A stretch of DNA of 64,000 nt from the human T2T-CHM13v2.0 reference genome, Homo sapiens: the NCBI RefSeq assembly GCF_009914755.1, contig NC_060937.1. The stretch is one strand, 5' to 3'. The position numbers and the translations under genes were made by a program. Shown here piece by piece: positions 13,329 through 26,647 of the stretch. The notes under the pieces are model-generated. The model had not been told where the DNA came from, did not search any database, and was given only the letters and a program-made list of their open reading frames with translations. The first letter of the stretch is position 1. Each line of letters starts with the position of its first letter.

Positions 13329-13944
13329 TGTGGTAGGTGGAATAATGGCCCCCAAGGATGTTCACATTGTGATCCATGGAAATAGTGAATATGTTACAAG
13401 GCAAGGAAGAATTAGGTTGCAGATGGGATTGCGGTTGCTAATCAGTTGATCCTGAGATGGGGAGCATATCCTGCATGATCCAGGTGGGCTCTGTGTAATC
13501 CCAAGCATCCCTGTAAGAGGAAGATGGAACGAGGAGAGGGAGAACCAGATAGATGGCTGAGTGAGTGATCCTCATGTATAGGGACCAACTAGGAGAGCTA
13601 GTTGGGCACCTTGAGTTGCATCTCTGAGTATTTACCTATATCTTGTAGTCATCAAATGTAGGTGTTACTTGGCAGATTACATGAGGCTGCTGACTTTGAA
13701 GACGGAGGAACAGGGTTATGAGCCAAGGAATGCAGGTGGCTTCTGGAAGCTGGAAAAGGTGAGGAACTGGATTCTCTCCTAAAAGGTGTAGCAGAAGGAA
13801 CATAGTCCCAAGGGCACCTTGATTTTAAATCAATGAGACTGATTTTGGACTTCTGACCTCCAGAACTGTAAGATAATAAAATTGTGTTGTTTTAAGCAAC
13901 TTAATAGTGGCAATTTGTTATGGAAATAATAGGAGACTAATACA
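13329..13944 (+). mobile_element. MLT1D-like MaLR LTR carrying a ~110-bp foreign insert
   Basis: tgtggtaggtggaataatggcccccaagg ... aggagactaataca; 13565-13680 is not LTR-like. Confidence 0.88.
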
Positions 13945-14185
13945 GAGGTTAAGAGCACAGATTCAAGAATCTAACTGCTGGATTTGAATCTCAGCTCCAC
14001 AACTTAATGTATGACCTTGGGCAAGTCACGTAACCCCTTACACCTCAGTTTCCTCATGTGTGAAGTGGGAACGATAATAAGACTTCACAACATTTTTTGG
14101 TAAGAATTTGAATAAGATAATTAGCATAAAGTGGTTCAGTATGTTACCTGGCATATCGTAAGAACTCAGTAAATATTAGCTTAGG
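13945..14185 (+). mobile_element. MIR
   Basis: ggttaagagcacag...tgaccttgggcaagtcac...cctcagtttcctcatgtgtgaagtggga core. Confidence 0.85.
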
Positions 14186-14427
14186 AAAATTAGCTATTAA
14201 GGGGAGGGTCAGTTGGGAATAACTGGAAAATGTCACATGAGGGACAATGGATGTTGAGGAAACAAAGGGCATCTAAAGAGAAGATGTGAGGTTGGAGTAT
14301 GAGGCAAGAGAATTGTCTAAGTAGGGAAGGGGCTCTCATAGGAGGAAGATGAGATTTAGTTTGCATTACTAGGTAGGAAGATTTAGGATCAGTGTTTTAC
14401 AGTTACAGTGAGGGAGTCTTTAGACTG

Positions 14428-14731
14428 TCTTTTTTCTTTCTTTCTTTCTTTCTTTTTTTTTTTTTGAGACAGGGTCTAGTTCTTTCACTCAGGCTGGAGT
14501 GCAGTGGCCTGATCTTGGCTCATTGCAACCTCCTCCTCCTGGGCTCCCAGTGATCCTCCCATCTCAGCCTCTGGAGTAGCTGGGACTACAGGCACTGGCC
14601 CCCTGCTAATTTTTTAAGGTTTTTGTAGAGATGAGGTCTCACTGTGTTGCCCAGGCTGGTCTGGAACTCCTGGGCTCAAGCAATACTCCTGCCTAGGCCT
14701 CCCAAAGTGCTGGATTAAAAGTGAATCAGCC
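14428..14731 (-). mobile_element. AluJ
   Basis: gagacagggtct ... ctcctgggctcaagcaat AluJ diagnostics. Confidence 0.9.
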
Positions 14732-15966
14732 TCATAAAACAGTGAGTCCCTGGGGCTGGAAATTTTTAAACAAAAGGTGATGATCCAGACTCATTATCTA
14801 TATAAGTGATGCTAAAGATCGTTGGGACAGGTTGCACTAAAGGTGCCCCAATTTCTAGCCGGCTTTAAAGTTTTACCACATAGTGTTCCTTGTTAAATAC
14901 GTGTTAGTGCTTCATAAAATATGCATTTTAGCATCACAGTGACATTTTTTCTTAAAGTAATTATTTGTTTTGCTTTGGAACATGGTTAACTTGAGAATGG
15001 AACTTAAGCATCTATTTCAGCACTTTGGAAAAAAAGAGTAGGTGAGTTTTAGAATTATCTCATTTTTGATGTAAAGTTTAATTTGATGAATCATATACAA
15101 GACTGTCACTTAATTCATACTGCAGTTTGCCACAGCCTGTTACTGCTTTATGTAGTTAATTGTAACCCGAGTGGATGAAGCATTTCAACTAGCCTTTACC
15201 AGAACGCTCAGCCCTCCCTCCCTGACCTGCTGCTGCCCTAACTTGCCAGCTCAGCTCTGCCTCGTTGGTTTGGCCGTTGCTCCAGCTCTGCCAAATGGTG
15301 CTGGCATTGTTATCCTATGTAATCCCTTGGGCCCACAGTGTCTCTTGGCAATTCCTTTAAGCTCTCCTAGTTGGTTCCTATTTTTACTTTCATATGTTAT
15401 GAAACTTTACGGCTTTCCTTGTCCTTAGTTCCTTTGTTATCAGCAAATGGCTGAGCCCTCACCCCCACCTTTTTTTTTTTGGAGAGAAATTGGTTCCCCA
15501 AGGAAAAATTTTAAAAAATGGCTGAGACTGACTGCTTATTTTCTTCACAAATAACTATTGACGTTGGATCTCTGAGTGTTTGCCTATATATTATAGTCAT
15601 AAAATGTAGGTGTTACTTGGCAGAATAAGTTTATTATTAGCTATGCCATTATTAGTTATACCATAACAAGCGATGATTATCCAAAATAATAGATTAAAAA
15701 AAAAACCAGTGCTGGCACATCAAAGCACACACAACTGCTTTCTTAATAGAAACGGTATAATTAAAATGCAAATTTGGATATATTTTAGTCACCCTGCTAC
15801 TTAGAAGTTGCTTTAAAATAACTGGTCACAATATAGCATAAGAATAAGATTCAAGTACTTTTGGTGATCTAATAGTAAACTCCATAATCTCTGGGTGACT
15901 TATGTGCATACTAAAGAGAAACACTGTCTTAAGTTATATTTGATGAAAACCTTTTCCTCACTTTAA

Positions 15967-16329
<363 letters not shown>

Positions 16330-16334
16330 GGGGA

Positions 16335-16455
16335 TTTTCTTAAAATGCAGAGTGTGGTTCAGTAGGTCTGGGGTGTAGCTAGAGATTCTGAATTTTTGGC
16401 AGGCTCCCAGGTGACCCTGATGCTGATGGTCTGTGGCCACGCTTTGTGTAGCAAG
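16335..16455. mobile_element. MER5A fragment
   Basis: aaaatgcaga...ttcagtaggtctggggtg...gattctgaatttt...ctcccaggtga...tgatgctgatggtctgtggccacgctttg. Confidence 0.7.
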
Positions 16456-16749
16456 TGACTGGGTCAGTGGTCCTCCATTTTGACTGTGCATCAGTTGCAT
16501 CTGAGGGATGGCTGTGTGACTCCCTCTCATGAGTTTGACTGGGGTCCCATGTCTATAAATCATAATGCTAAGATATGGACTTAGCTGAATTTCTCTGCTT
16601 CAAGTAATAGTTATCTCTTGATTGCTGGCACATACTTGCTAACATTTTTGGCACTGTCAATTGCAGGGTTAGAGGAGGCAGGGACTTTGCCAGATTATAA
16701 ATAGAAAGGAGTCGAGGTCACCTAGTATCTTGTCTTTAGGATAAATTGA

Positions 16750-17091
<342 letters not shown>

Positions 17092-17758
17092 CAGCTCTTT
17101 TTTAAATTGAAAACTTGTTTAAAGTAGGCAAGAACCCTTTCTGGGAATACCAGGCCAAAGTAATCATGACAAGAGTATTTGGTTAATTGACAGGGAACAC
17201 TTCCAGGTGGTGTCGTTCTGGGAGCCTTGGTTTAAGCTTTGTAAGGCCTTTAGGTCACAGCCCTGAGAACAACTTCACTCATTTTCAGAATTAGGATTTT
17301 GATCTTATTTAGGACTTTTGTAATAAATCCTTTTATTAACCTTGTCTCTATTTTTACACTGTTTATAAAAGTGTCTTTTCACTTTTGCTTATAATGACAG
17401 CTCTTGACCCTGTACACTCAGGAAGTTTTTGCAGTAGTGGGTCTAACTGGCTTGATCTTATGAGTAGACATTTCTGTATTGCTACATTAAGGTTCCCTGA
17501 TGCAGAGTATTCCCTTTATATTTGGGAGGTTGTCATGCTTGAAATTTTATCAAATATATATTTTTTGATCCTTCAAGTAAAAGTGAAAGTGACTTTGGGT
17601 AGGGTAAGAGCCTAGGGTGTTGTAGTACATTTTCATGAGGATTTAGACTTTTGCATAATGAAATGATTCAATGTATAAGAGAAATCTGGAGCATAATGAC
17701 ATTTATGTAAATTAGACTCTCTCTCTATATATGCAACAGCACTTGTTAAAGAACATTT

Positions 17759-18075
<317 letters not shown>

Positions 18076-18077
18076 TA

Positions 18078-19116
18078 AAAAAATTTATATTCATGGGGCA
18101 CAAGTACAATTTTCCTACCTTAATATATTACACTGTGGTGAAGTAGGGGCCTTCAGTGCATTCATCACTGGAACATTGCACATTGTATCCACCAAGCAGC
18201 CTCCCATCATCCACCCCCTTCCCATCCCCACAATGCTGTGAGTCCCCATTGTCCATCATTCACACTCTACTTCCATTTGTATACATTATTTGGCTCCCAC
18301 TTATGAGAACATGTAGTATTTGTCTTTCTGCATCTGAGTTGTTTCGCTTAAGATAATGGCCTCCAGTTCCATTTGTATTAGTGCAAAAGACATGATTTCA
18401 TTTTTTAATGGCTGAATAGTATTCCATTGTGGATGTATACCACATTTTATTTATCCAGTCCTTCATTGATGGACACTTAGGTTGATTCCATATCTTTGCT
18501 ATTGTGAATAGTGCTGCAGAAAACATACAAGTGCAGGCATCTCTTTGATGTAATGATTTCTTTTTCCTTGGGTAGATGTCAAGTAGTGGGATTGCTGGAT
18601 CATATGGTAGTTCTATTTTTAGTTCTTTGACAGATCTCCACACTGTTTTCCATAGAGACTGCACTAATTTACATTCCCACCAGCAGTGTATAAGCATTCC
18701 TGTTTCTCTGCATTTTCTCCAACATCTGTCATTTTCTGTCTTTTTAATAATAGTCATTCTGATTGGAGTAAAATGATATAGTGGTTTTAATTTGCATTTC
18801 TCTGACTAGTAATGTTGAACATTTTTTCATATTTTTGTTGGCCATTTGTCTTCCATTGAAAAAGGTTTATTCATATCCTTGGCCCACTTTTTAATGGGTT
18901 TAGTTGGACTTTTGTTGTTCCTTATAAATTCTGGATATCAGTCTGCTGTTGGATGTATATAGTTTGCAAATATTTTCTCCCATTCCACAGGTGACCTTTT
19001 CACTTTGTTGATTATTTCTTTTGCTGTGCAGAAGCCTTTTAGTTTAAATCCCGTTTGTCTATTCTTGTTTTTGTTGCCCGTGCTTTTGAGGTCTCAGTCA
19101 TACATTCTTTGCCTAG
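18078..19116 (-). mobile_element. L1 3' end (L1PB/L1MA-like)
   Basis: ORF 18398..18757 ([18 protein letters not shown]...PYDPAIPLL...YYSAIKK) is the L1 ORF2 C-terminus. Confidence 0.92.
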
Positions 19117-19121
19117 ACTAG

Positions 19122-19494
19122 TGATATGGTTTGGCTGTGTCCTCACCCAAATCTCATCTTGAATTGTAGTTCCCATAATCCCCAGGTGTCGTGGGAAGGA
19201 CCTGGTGGGAGGTAATTGAATCATGGGGGTTGTTTCCCCCATGCTATTCTTGTGCTAGTGAGTGAGTTCTCACAAGATCTGATGGTTTTATAAGGGGCTC
19301 TTCCCCTTTTGCTCAGCACTTCTCCTTCCTTCTGCCATGTGAAGAAGGAGGTGTTTGCTTCCCTCTCCACAATGATTTTAAGTTTCCTGAGGCCTCTCCA
19401 GTCCTGTGGAACTGTGAGTCAATTAAACCTCTTTTCTTATAAATTACCCAGTCTTGAGCAGTTCTTTATAGCAGCATGAGAATGAACTAATACA
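19122..19494 (+). mobile_element. THE1D-like MaLR solo LTR
   Basis: tgatatggtttggctgtgtc ... gaactaataca; 5-bp TSD ACTAG at 19117-19121 and 19495-19499. Confidence 0.93.
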
Positions 19495-19552
19495 ACTAGA
19501 CATTTATATTTTTAAACACATTAAAGAAGGCATCTTTAAAAAATAATTTGAG

Positions 19553-19647
19553 ACAGGTACACTAAAATCCCAGGCTTCAGCACTATATAGTTCACCTGTG
19601 TAACCAAAAACCACTTGTATCCCTAAAGCTATTGACATTAAAAAATT
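19553..19647 (+). mobile_element. Very short L1PB-like 3'-end insertion
   Basis: ggtacactaaaatccca...aaccaaaaaccacttgtatccctaaagctattg; TSD aaaaaataatttgag at 19538-19552 and 19648-19662. Confidence 0.85.
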
Positions 19648-20160
19648 AAAAAATAATTTGAGGTGAAATTCACATAACATAAAGTATTAAAACCATTAAA
19701 AACCATTTTAAAGTACACAATTTAGTAGCATCTATTACATTCACAATGTTGTGCAACCATTAAACATTTCTAATATTTCAAAGTAAAACCTCTTAACATC
19801 AAGTGGTTTCTCCCCATTTCCTCCTCCTCCATTCAGCTTCTGGCAACTACCAACCTGCATTTCGTCTCTGGATTTATCCATTCTGGATATTTTATACAAA
19901 TGGAATACGTGACTTTTGTTTTCTGGCTTCTTTCACTTACTGTAATGTTTTGTAGCACATATCAGTACTTCATTCCTTTTTATGGCTGAGTGCTATTCCA
20001 TTGTATGGATAGACCACAACATGTTTATCCATTTACCTCTTAGCAGACATCAGAACGGTTTGTACCTTTTGATATGTACATGCACATGCATGTACATGTA
20101 ATGTACTTATTTGGGAATCTTTTTAATTCTTTGGGATATATATAGGATATATACCTGGGG
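19648..20160 (-). mobile_element. L1MB-like 3' end
   Basis: ttgaggtgaaattcacataacataaa...cattcacaatgttgtgcaacc; outer TSD gaaggcatcttt at 19526-19537 and 20161-20172. Confidence 0.82.
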
Positions 20161-21362
20161 GAAGGCATCTTTTTAATAGAAAGGAATGGGAGTGAGTGGG
20201 AATGTGGGATGAGGAGGAAAATAATTAAAATAACAAAATAAAATGAGAGAGCCCTTATACTGACTGATAAGAGCTTGCTTAAATAGGAATGATGAATTCA
20301 ACTTTGGGTCCTGACATTTCTTCCCAAGCACTTACATTACTGATGAAAGAGCAAGGACATGTGCTATAATGATATGAAAATATGTTACTTGATAAATGCT
20401 TTTGGAAGGAAAATGGGTTGAAAGGCTCTGAAAGGTGAGGTGTTAACAAAGTCCTGTCTTACCCTTGACACCAGTGTGAGAATATTCATATTGGCCTTAT
20501 GCTATTCTCATTAACACTCTTTTCAGGATTTATAATGGAAATAGAGAAGAGTTAAGATTCCATTGAAGTGTATAATTGTGTTTGTTGCAAACTCAAAATA
20601 TTGGGTGGAGGTGGAATGTAACCCTACATTTGGGGTCAAGAGAATAAGAATGAGCACTGCTTCTCTCCCCACCTTTTCCCTCAAGGGATGAGGCATTCCA
20701 ACACTGAAGGGTCAGGGGAGTGGTAGCTTTGGCAGGACTGACAGGAGGCTTGAGTAGGAGACAGACTTGCAGAGTGAAAGACCAAGGAGGTCTTTCAGAT
20801 TCTGGGTGGTCCCTCACCTGTTGCCAGCGGCTGGTCTTCACTGCCGCTTATTATTTACTCATGAGTCTTCTGGAGTTTTTGCCCATGAAATGTCCACTTT
20901 ATTTGATTTTCAAATTCTTTGGGTAGTTTTTCTTATGGCGTCATCTGCCTCTCTATTCCTGAAAGAAATCTCTTGTTGTTTTCTCTCCCTTGTTTTCCAT
21001 AATGGTATTCTCTTCCCTTGTTTTCCGTATGCTATTCTCTTCTGCTTTTCTTCTGATTTATCTGGATGCCAGGTATTTTTCTCTCTTGACTCCTCTTTCT
21101 TTAACTGTCCTTTAAATGCTGGTGGTTGACTGTGAATCCTTCTTTCTCTTTGCTATCAGGGCAAGGAGGGCACATTGACATCCCTAATTTCAATGACTAC
21201 CAATGTGTGCTAGACTCCCAAACCATATTTTAAAATCAAATGTTTCTCATGGGCTGCAAACCTAACTTACTACTAGCTGGGCATCTGAAACTCAACATTT
21301 CTAAACGTTTATTTTTCTATTCTAAATTTTTGACTGGTCTGTATTCTTTATTATTAAAATCT

Positions 21363-23074
21363 TGTGGTAGCCAGCTTCCAAAATGGTCCCAGTGATTCTC
21401 ACTTTGTGATATTCTCTTCCTTGTACCTAGGAATTCTACCCAATTAACTAAGTGATCTACTGGGGAGATTCCATTCTTCTAGTGAGGTGACCTACAGAGT
21501 GTTGAAGTGATGCCTCGATTCTTCTTGTGGATTATAGTAAAATGTGAGAGGAGAAAGTGAAGAATAGAGTGACAAACATGAGAGAAACAGGAATTGCTGC
21601 TTTTGAAAATTGTCAGTCTCTTTAGTAAGTAAATGATGCTAGAACTGAGATGTGGTTTTCAGGCATAGATTAAATTCAGAGCATTTGCAGGAAAATAAGG
21701 CCTAAAAAGGAGTTGAGGATGTGGTTGTAAAATTCTTTAAGTTCTTAGATTCAAGACGGTACCTTGCAGATCTGTCGAGTCAAGCAATAGGGCTTCTAAG
21801 CACCTTAAGGATATTGTCCTCCAGTCATCTCAGCAAGAGACCAAGGTAGAGAAGAGCTACTCTTGAAGAGATTGATGGGTGCATCTTTTGTCTAATGGAA
21901 TGAACCCCAATAAGATTCACAGAAGATCTGTAGTATCTTTGAGATAATTGTATTTGCAGAAACACTGCCAGCTGAGACTGAAAGGAATAGAGAATCATGA
22001 AATTAAGAGACCCTTAATTCTCTCAATTGCTATGGGTAGGGTAAAGAAGTAGATTGAAAAACCTACATAGCCACAAAGATAGGCTACTTTTCAGTGAAAA
22101 GCAAAGATGACTTTTAGGGTGGCACCAAGAATCCAGAGGGTGTAGCCAAAAACCATGAAGTATTACCTGGCCTTGAGTCTTCATGAAGGAACTGCCAACC
22201 TGTGTCTTGAAGGATTTCAGAATTTCTGTGGACCAGTGACTCCTGTGTTGCCTTTCATTTCTCTACTCTCTGACCTAGAGTGTCTATAGTGATTATCTTA
22301 ACACCTGTCACTCTATTGCATGTTGGGAGTGTGGGAGCAGGTAACTTGTCTTAGTTCACTGACATTCAAGTTGAGAGGAACTTTACTTAAGGGCCATACT
22401 TAAGGAATTACACCTGAAGAGCCTCAGACACTCCTGGATCTGACTTAGATGATGAGATTTTGGACTTTGAGTTCACCTTGTAAAGGGATGAATATTTTGG
22501 GGCCTTATTAGGGAGTAAGTGTATTTTGCACATGGTTGGGACATGAATCACTGAGGTGGGTCCAGAGAGTGAAATGTAGTAGACAGTCCCCCAGAAAGCC
22601 CTCCATGATTCTCACCTCCTGGTGTTTATGTTCTTTTGTACCTACATGGAATAGGGCTGATCTGTGTAACCAACAGGATGTTGAGGAAATGATGGAATGT
22701 GACTTCAAAAGCTATGTCATAAGACATTGCAACTTCCATCTTGCTCCTTGGATCACGGGCTCTATCAAGCAGCCCTTTGGAGATGTCCATTTGGTAAAGA
22801 ACCAAGGCTTCCTGTTAACAATCAGCCCTGATTTGTCAGCCACATGAGTGAGCCGCCTTGGAAACAGCTCCTCCAAGCTCCAGGAAAGCCTTGGGATGAC
22901 TGTAGTCATGGCTGACATCTCAATTACAACCTAATGAAGGGTCCCCCAATTCAGAACTATTCAGCTAAGGCCACTCCTGAATTACCTTCAGAAACTAAAT
23001 GAAATCATAAACACCTATTCCCTTAAGCTGCTTAATTTGGGGATAATGTATTATGCACCAATAGATAACTAATA
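21363..23074 (+). mobile_element. MaLR (MLT1F/G-like) provirus remnant: partial 5' LTR, internal region, 3' LTR
   Basis: LTR-like start tgtggtagccagcttccaaaatggtccc; MLT-int-like 21430-22570; second LTR ~22575 to atagataactaata. Confidence 0.7.
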
Positions 23075-23419
23075 GGGTACTACAGTGAACAAATACAAAC
23101 CTTGATTATCTTGGTAGATCTTTGTGGCTTCCCCATCCTACCTCAGTGGTAAGAACTGCTGTTCCTGATCATTAAGCTCTCTAAGTTACCCTAGCCCACT
23201 CCACCCCACACCTGTTATGGCTGCTTTATAATTGATTCAAGGATAAGGGGTGGAAGGGAGATTGGAGACAATATGAAAATCTTAAAGCCATGTGTCTGTT
23301 CTTGCCTGCCTCTCAAAGGGCCAATTTTAGAACCTTTAATTTGTAGTGTCTCCCTTTATTCATAGTCATAGAAAAATTTAAAGCTTAAAGGAGCTATTAG
23401 ATACATTTAGGGCTCATTG

Positions 23420-23423
<4 letters not shown>

Positions 23424-23450
<27 letters not shown>
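23424..23450 (+). repeat. (TG)n microsatellite
   Basis: Directly visible. Confidence 0.95.
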
Positions 23451-23454
<4 letters not shown>

Positions 23455-24529
23455 TGGTTTGTCTTTGAGAAGCCACTTTTGGTCCTGAAAGTACAGGGTT
23501 TACAGATGTTTAGAGCAGGATTTTGACATGAAGTATTTTATGGAAGTTGGGTAATGAAATATTTGTGTGATGGGTTGGGCCAGGGAGGGTTGGGCTCCTC
23601 TTCTTTTGCAGAGAAAAATGATTGCCCTTGATAATGGGTTACAGATTCACAAACTGCTCATTTCAGGGATGAGGAAAATGGGGCCAGAAATGTTAACTCT
23701 CTTTCCAAAGCCACACAGTTGTTTAGGGACAAAGTTAACTTGGAGTCCTGGTGACTAGTCCAATTAGATAAGATTAGTTTTAATTTGTCCTTTATTTTCC
23801 CTTTTATTTTTGCTAATTTCAAGTGAAAATTATTTCATTAAACAACTAAATACTTCCCTTTTAATGTGTTGAGCTGGGTGTGGCTTCTTGAAGTTTTAAC
23901 TGTCATGAAAATTTTATTTTATAATTTTATATATACCCTTAGGGACCTCTTTGCCTGCATCCTTTGAAATTGCAAGGAATAAATTACCAGTGAGCTCAAA
24001 TCCAGTAGGAATGACTGAGACTACATTACCAATCTTAGTACAACCTCGTCCTGCTGCATAGGCCATGTGTGACTTTGTTTACAAAGTTGTACTGTGTTAA
24101 ACTTGAGCATCGTTGAATGATTTAAAAGATATTCTGCTGTTTTGGTTAAAATAAAGTCTTTGTTTAAGGCTAGAATTTAGCCATATTAATTTGTATCTTC
24201 TCTTGAACTTTGTCTTCAACTAAGTATAGTCACTTTAGATGTCAAGTTCTTTCTCTCTACTTTGGTGGTTTTTGAGGAGAGTTTGGCTTTATTTATCTAT
24301 CCTTATCAATCTGTACCTATTTGTCAACTAGATGAATGCTGTTATGTTTGTATGAAATATGTGAAGAATCATTTTGGCTCTCATTTGAGTAAGTTTACTT
24401 TTAGTTTAACCTTATTTTAATATTTTTGTAATACTTTAAACATTCAGAACCAAATCAAATTGGTTGAATTGGTGTGAAGACTTCTAATGGTTTGTTTTTC
24501 CTTTATTGATATGAGACTTGCATCCTGTG

Positions 24530-24903
24530 TGTATTAGTTCATTTTCACACTGCTGTAAAGAACTGCCTGAGACTGGGTAATTTACAAAGCAAAGAGATTT
24601 AAATGACTCACAGATCTGCATGGCTGGGAAGGCCTCAGAGAGCTTACAGTCATGGGGGAAGGGGAGGCAGACATGTCTTACATGGTGACAGGTGAGAGAG
24701 AGCGAAGGGGGAAGAGCTCCTTATAAAACCACCAGATCTCTTGAGAACTCACTCACTATCACGAGAACAGCATGGGGGAAACTGCCCCCATGATCCAATC
24801 GCCTCTCTCCCTTGGCATGCAGGGATTACAGGTCCTTCATTGACAAGTGAGGATTACAATTTCAGATGAGAATTGGGTGGGGACACACAGCCAAACCATA
24901 TCA
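24530..24903 (-). mobile_element. THE1/MST MaLR solo LTR
   Basis: tgtattagttcattttcacactgctg ... cacagccaaaccatatca. Confidence 0.9.
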
Positions 24904-25949
24904 TTATGGAACTTGGGGTATTGGTACATCCAACCATCTTTTCTTGCCTGCTTCTCAGAGGGCCAATTTTAAAACCATTAATTTGTATCATTTGATAATT
25001 ACAGATAGTATACTTTTTAGAAACTATGGGCCTAACAAAATTATCACATTTTGCTCCTCTTGGAATTTTGCCAATAAATTGTGTCTCCTTTTTCCATAAT
25101 AAGTCAAATGAAAAACAAAATAAACACCTTTCATTGAGCTGTTCAACTTTTGACTTGCAAGTTTCTTTACTCTTTGACTTCATCTTATTTAAAACGATTC
25201 GTGGATTTCATCTTTCAGCTAGGTAGTTCGCACTGCCTTTTACTCACAGTAGATTGGAATGACCAGGATCCTGCCTGTACAAATAGTGACTTTTTAGAAT
25301 GTCTCTTTCCTTAGTAATCAGTGGCGCTTTTCTCTTGCCACACCTTTCCTTGTGCTTTCCCGGAATCCCCTTACTCTCCAAGAACCCAAGCTGTAGAATT
25401 TAGCCACTTTATCTTAGGAAAAGAGTAATTGCCTTTCTCCAAGTGGCAGACTATCTTCTGGTCTGTGAAAGTCGCCTCTTAGGGAGGGAGGTGAGGTTTC
25501 AAGGAGGCTCACGCCATAGAGGCAGCATTACCAACTGCCTCAGTGGACAGATGTGTGTTGGCATGCTGGGAGGCCACCCCTTTACCAGCGAACTGTAACA
25601 GTTAATATGGAGAACCCGCCTGGGATTGTCACAAGTTCAACCCCATAAAGTGTTTTCTTTTCTTCTTCTTTTTTTTTTTTAGAGTAGTAGAGATGAAGCC
25701 TAAGTTAATTCTGGTAACCAAATGTATGTCTCTGAAATGTGGCTGGCTTTAAAATAGCATATACTGTAATCTGTGTTTGCACAGCAGTTTACATTAACGA
25801 AGAGCACTGGTTTGTGAATGGAGGATTTGGGTTTTGAAATTAGATATGAGGGCAACCTTGGAGGGAGGGGATAGGCTTTCATATTTTTGGAGGCAGCTCT
25901 TGAGGCAGGTGCAGGGAGTGAGTAATGTGCCACACAAACTATGCAATTT

Positions 25950-26540
25950 AGCCAATGAACACTAGGTTTCTCCTCAGTCCTATAGTATGGTTTCCCTGCC
26001 TGTCAAGAGCCAGCTCAACAACCAAACCCAGATTCCAGGTGTGGTATTCCACAGTCGTTCTGTAATTTGTAATCATAGAAACAGAATGTTCCTCCTCTTA
26101 TTTCTTCCCTGCCAACAGTTTCTGGGTGGGTGAATGTCAGTAGCTGGAGTTATTTTTAAAGAGGAGAGGTGAGGCTTGCCGTGCAAAGCTGGAAAGAGGG
26201 CGTTTGTTTGCAGAGCAGAGCTGACATCAAAGTGTAGATTACTGCTCAGTGGCTAGGCACTTGTCCTGTAACAGGTAATGTTTAACGTGCTAGTCACAAA
26301 GATCACAGAAACAGTGTATGCCCGGGCATAAGATAGCACGACTGTGTATGCTCTGGAGGACTGAAAGGCTGTACAAGCCCTATGTATTTTTTTTCAAATA
26401 TACATATGCATGGGTCTTGCTGCTGCCTCTTTTGCTGACTGTAATTGGACTTTGAAGCTTCGAAGTTATATCATAAAAATTTGTAACCTTTGTCTGAGAG
26501 AGAGCTCAGCTAAGCAATCACTTTCCACTTCTTTTCACAG
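25950..26540 (+). promoter_or_regulatory. LMO7: Probable LMO7 internal promoter and alternative first exon / extended 5' leader
   Basis: Repeat-free segment with MEF2-type TTATTTTTAA (26150-26159), FOX-like TGTTTGC, CRE-like TGACATCA (26222-26229) and a donor-like CAG|GTAATG at 26274/26275. From memory, a short LMO7 isoform starts just upstream of this exon; TSS not determinable from sequence. Confidence 0.6.
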
Positions 26541-26647
26541 GATAATATAAACGTTTTCTTGAAAGCTTGTGAACAGATTGGATTGAAAGAAGCCCAGCTT
26601 TTCCATCCTGGAGATCTACAGGATTTATCAAATCGAGTCACTGTCAA
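26541..26647 (+). CDS. LMO7: LMO7 internal coding exon (calponin-homology domain), 107 nt, phase 0 to phase 2
   Basis: Acceptor cttttcacag|G and donor AA|gtaagt. Translates [35 protein letters not shown] plus AA, which I recognise as the LMO7 CH domain. Frame continues correctly into the next two exons. Confidence 0.97.
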
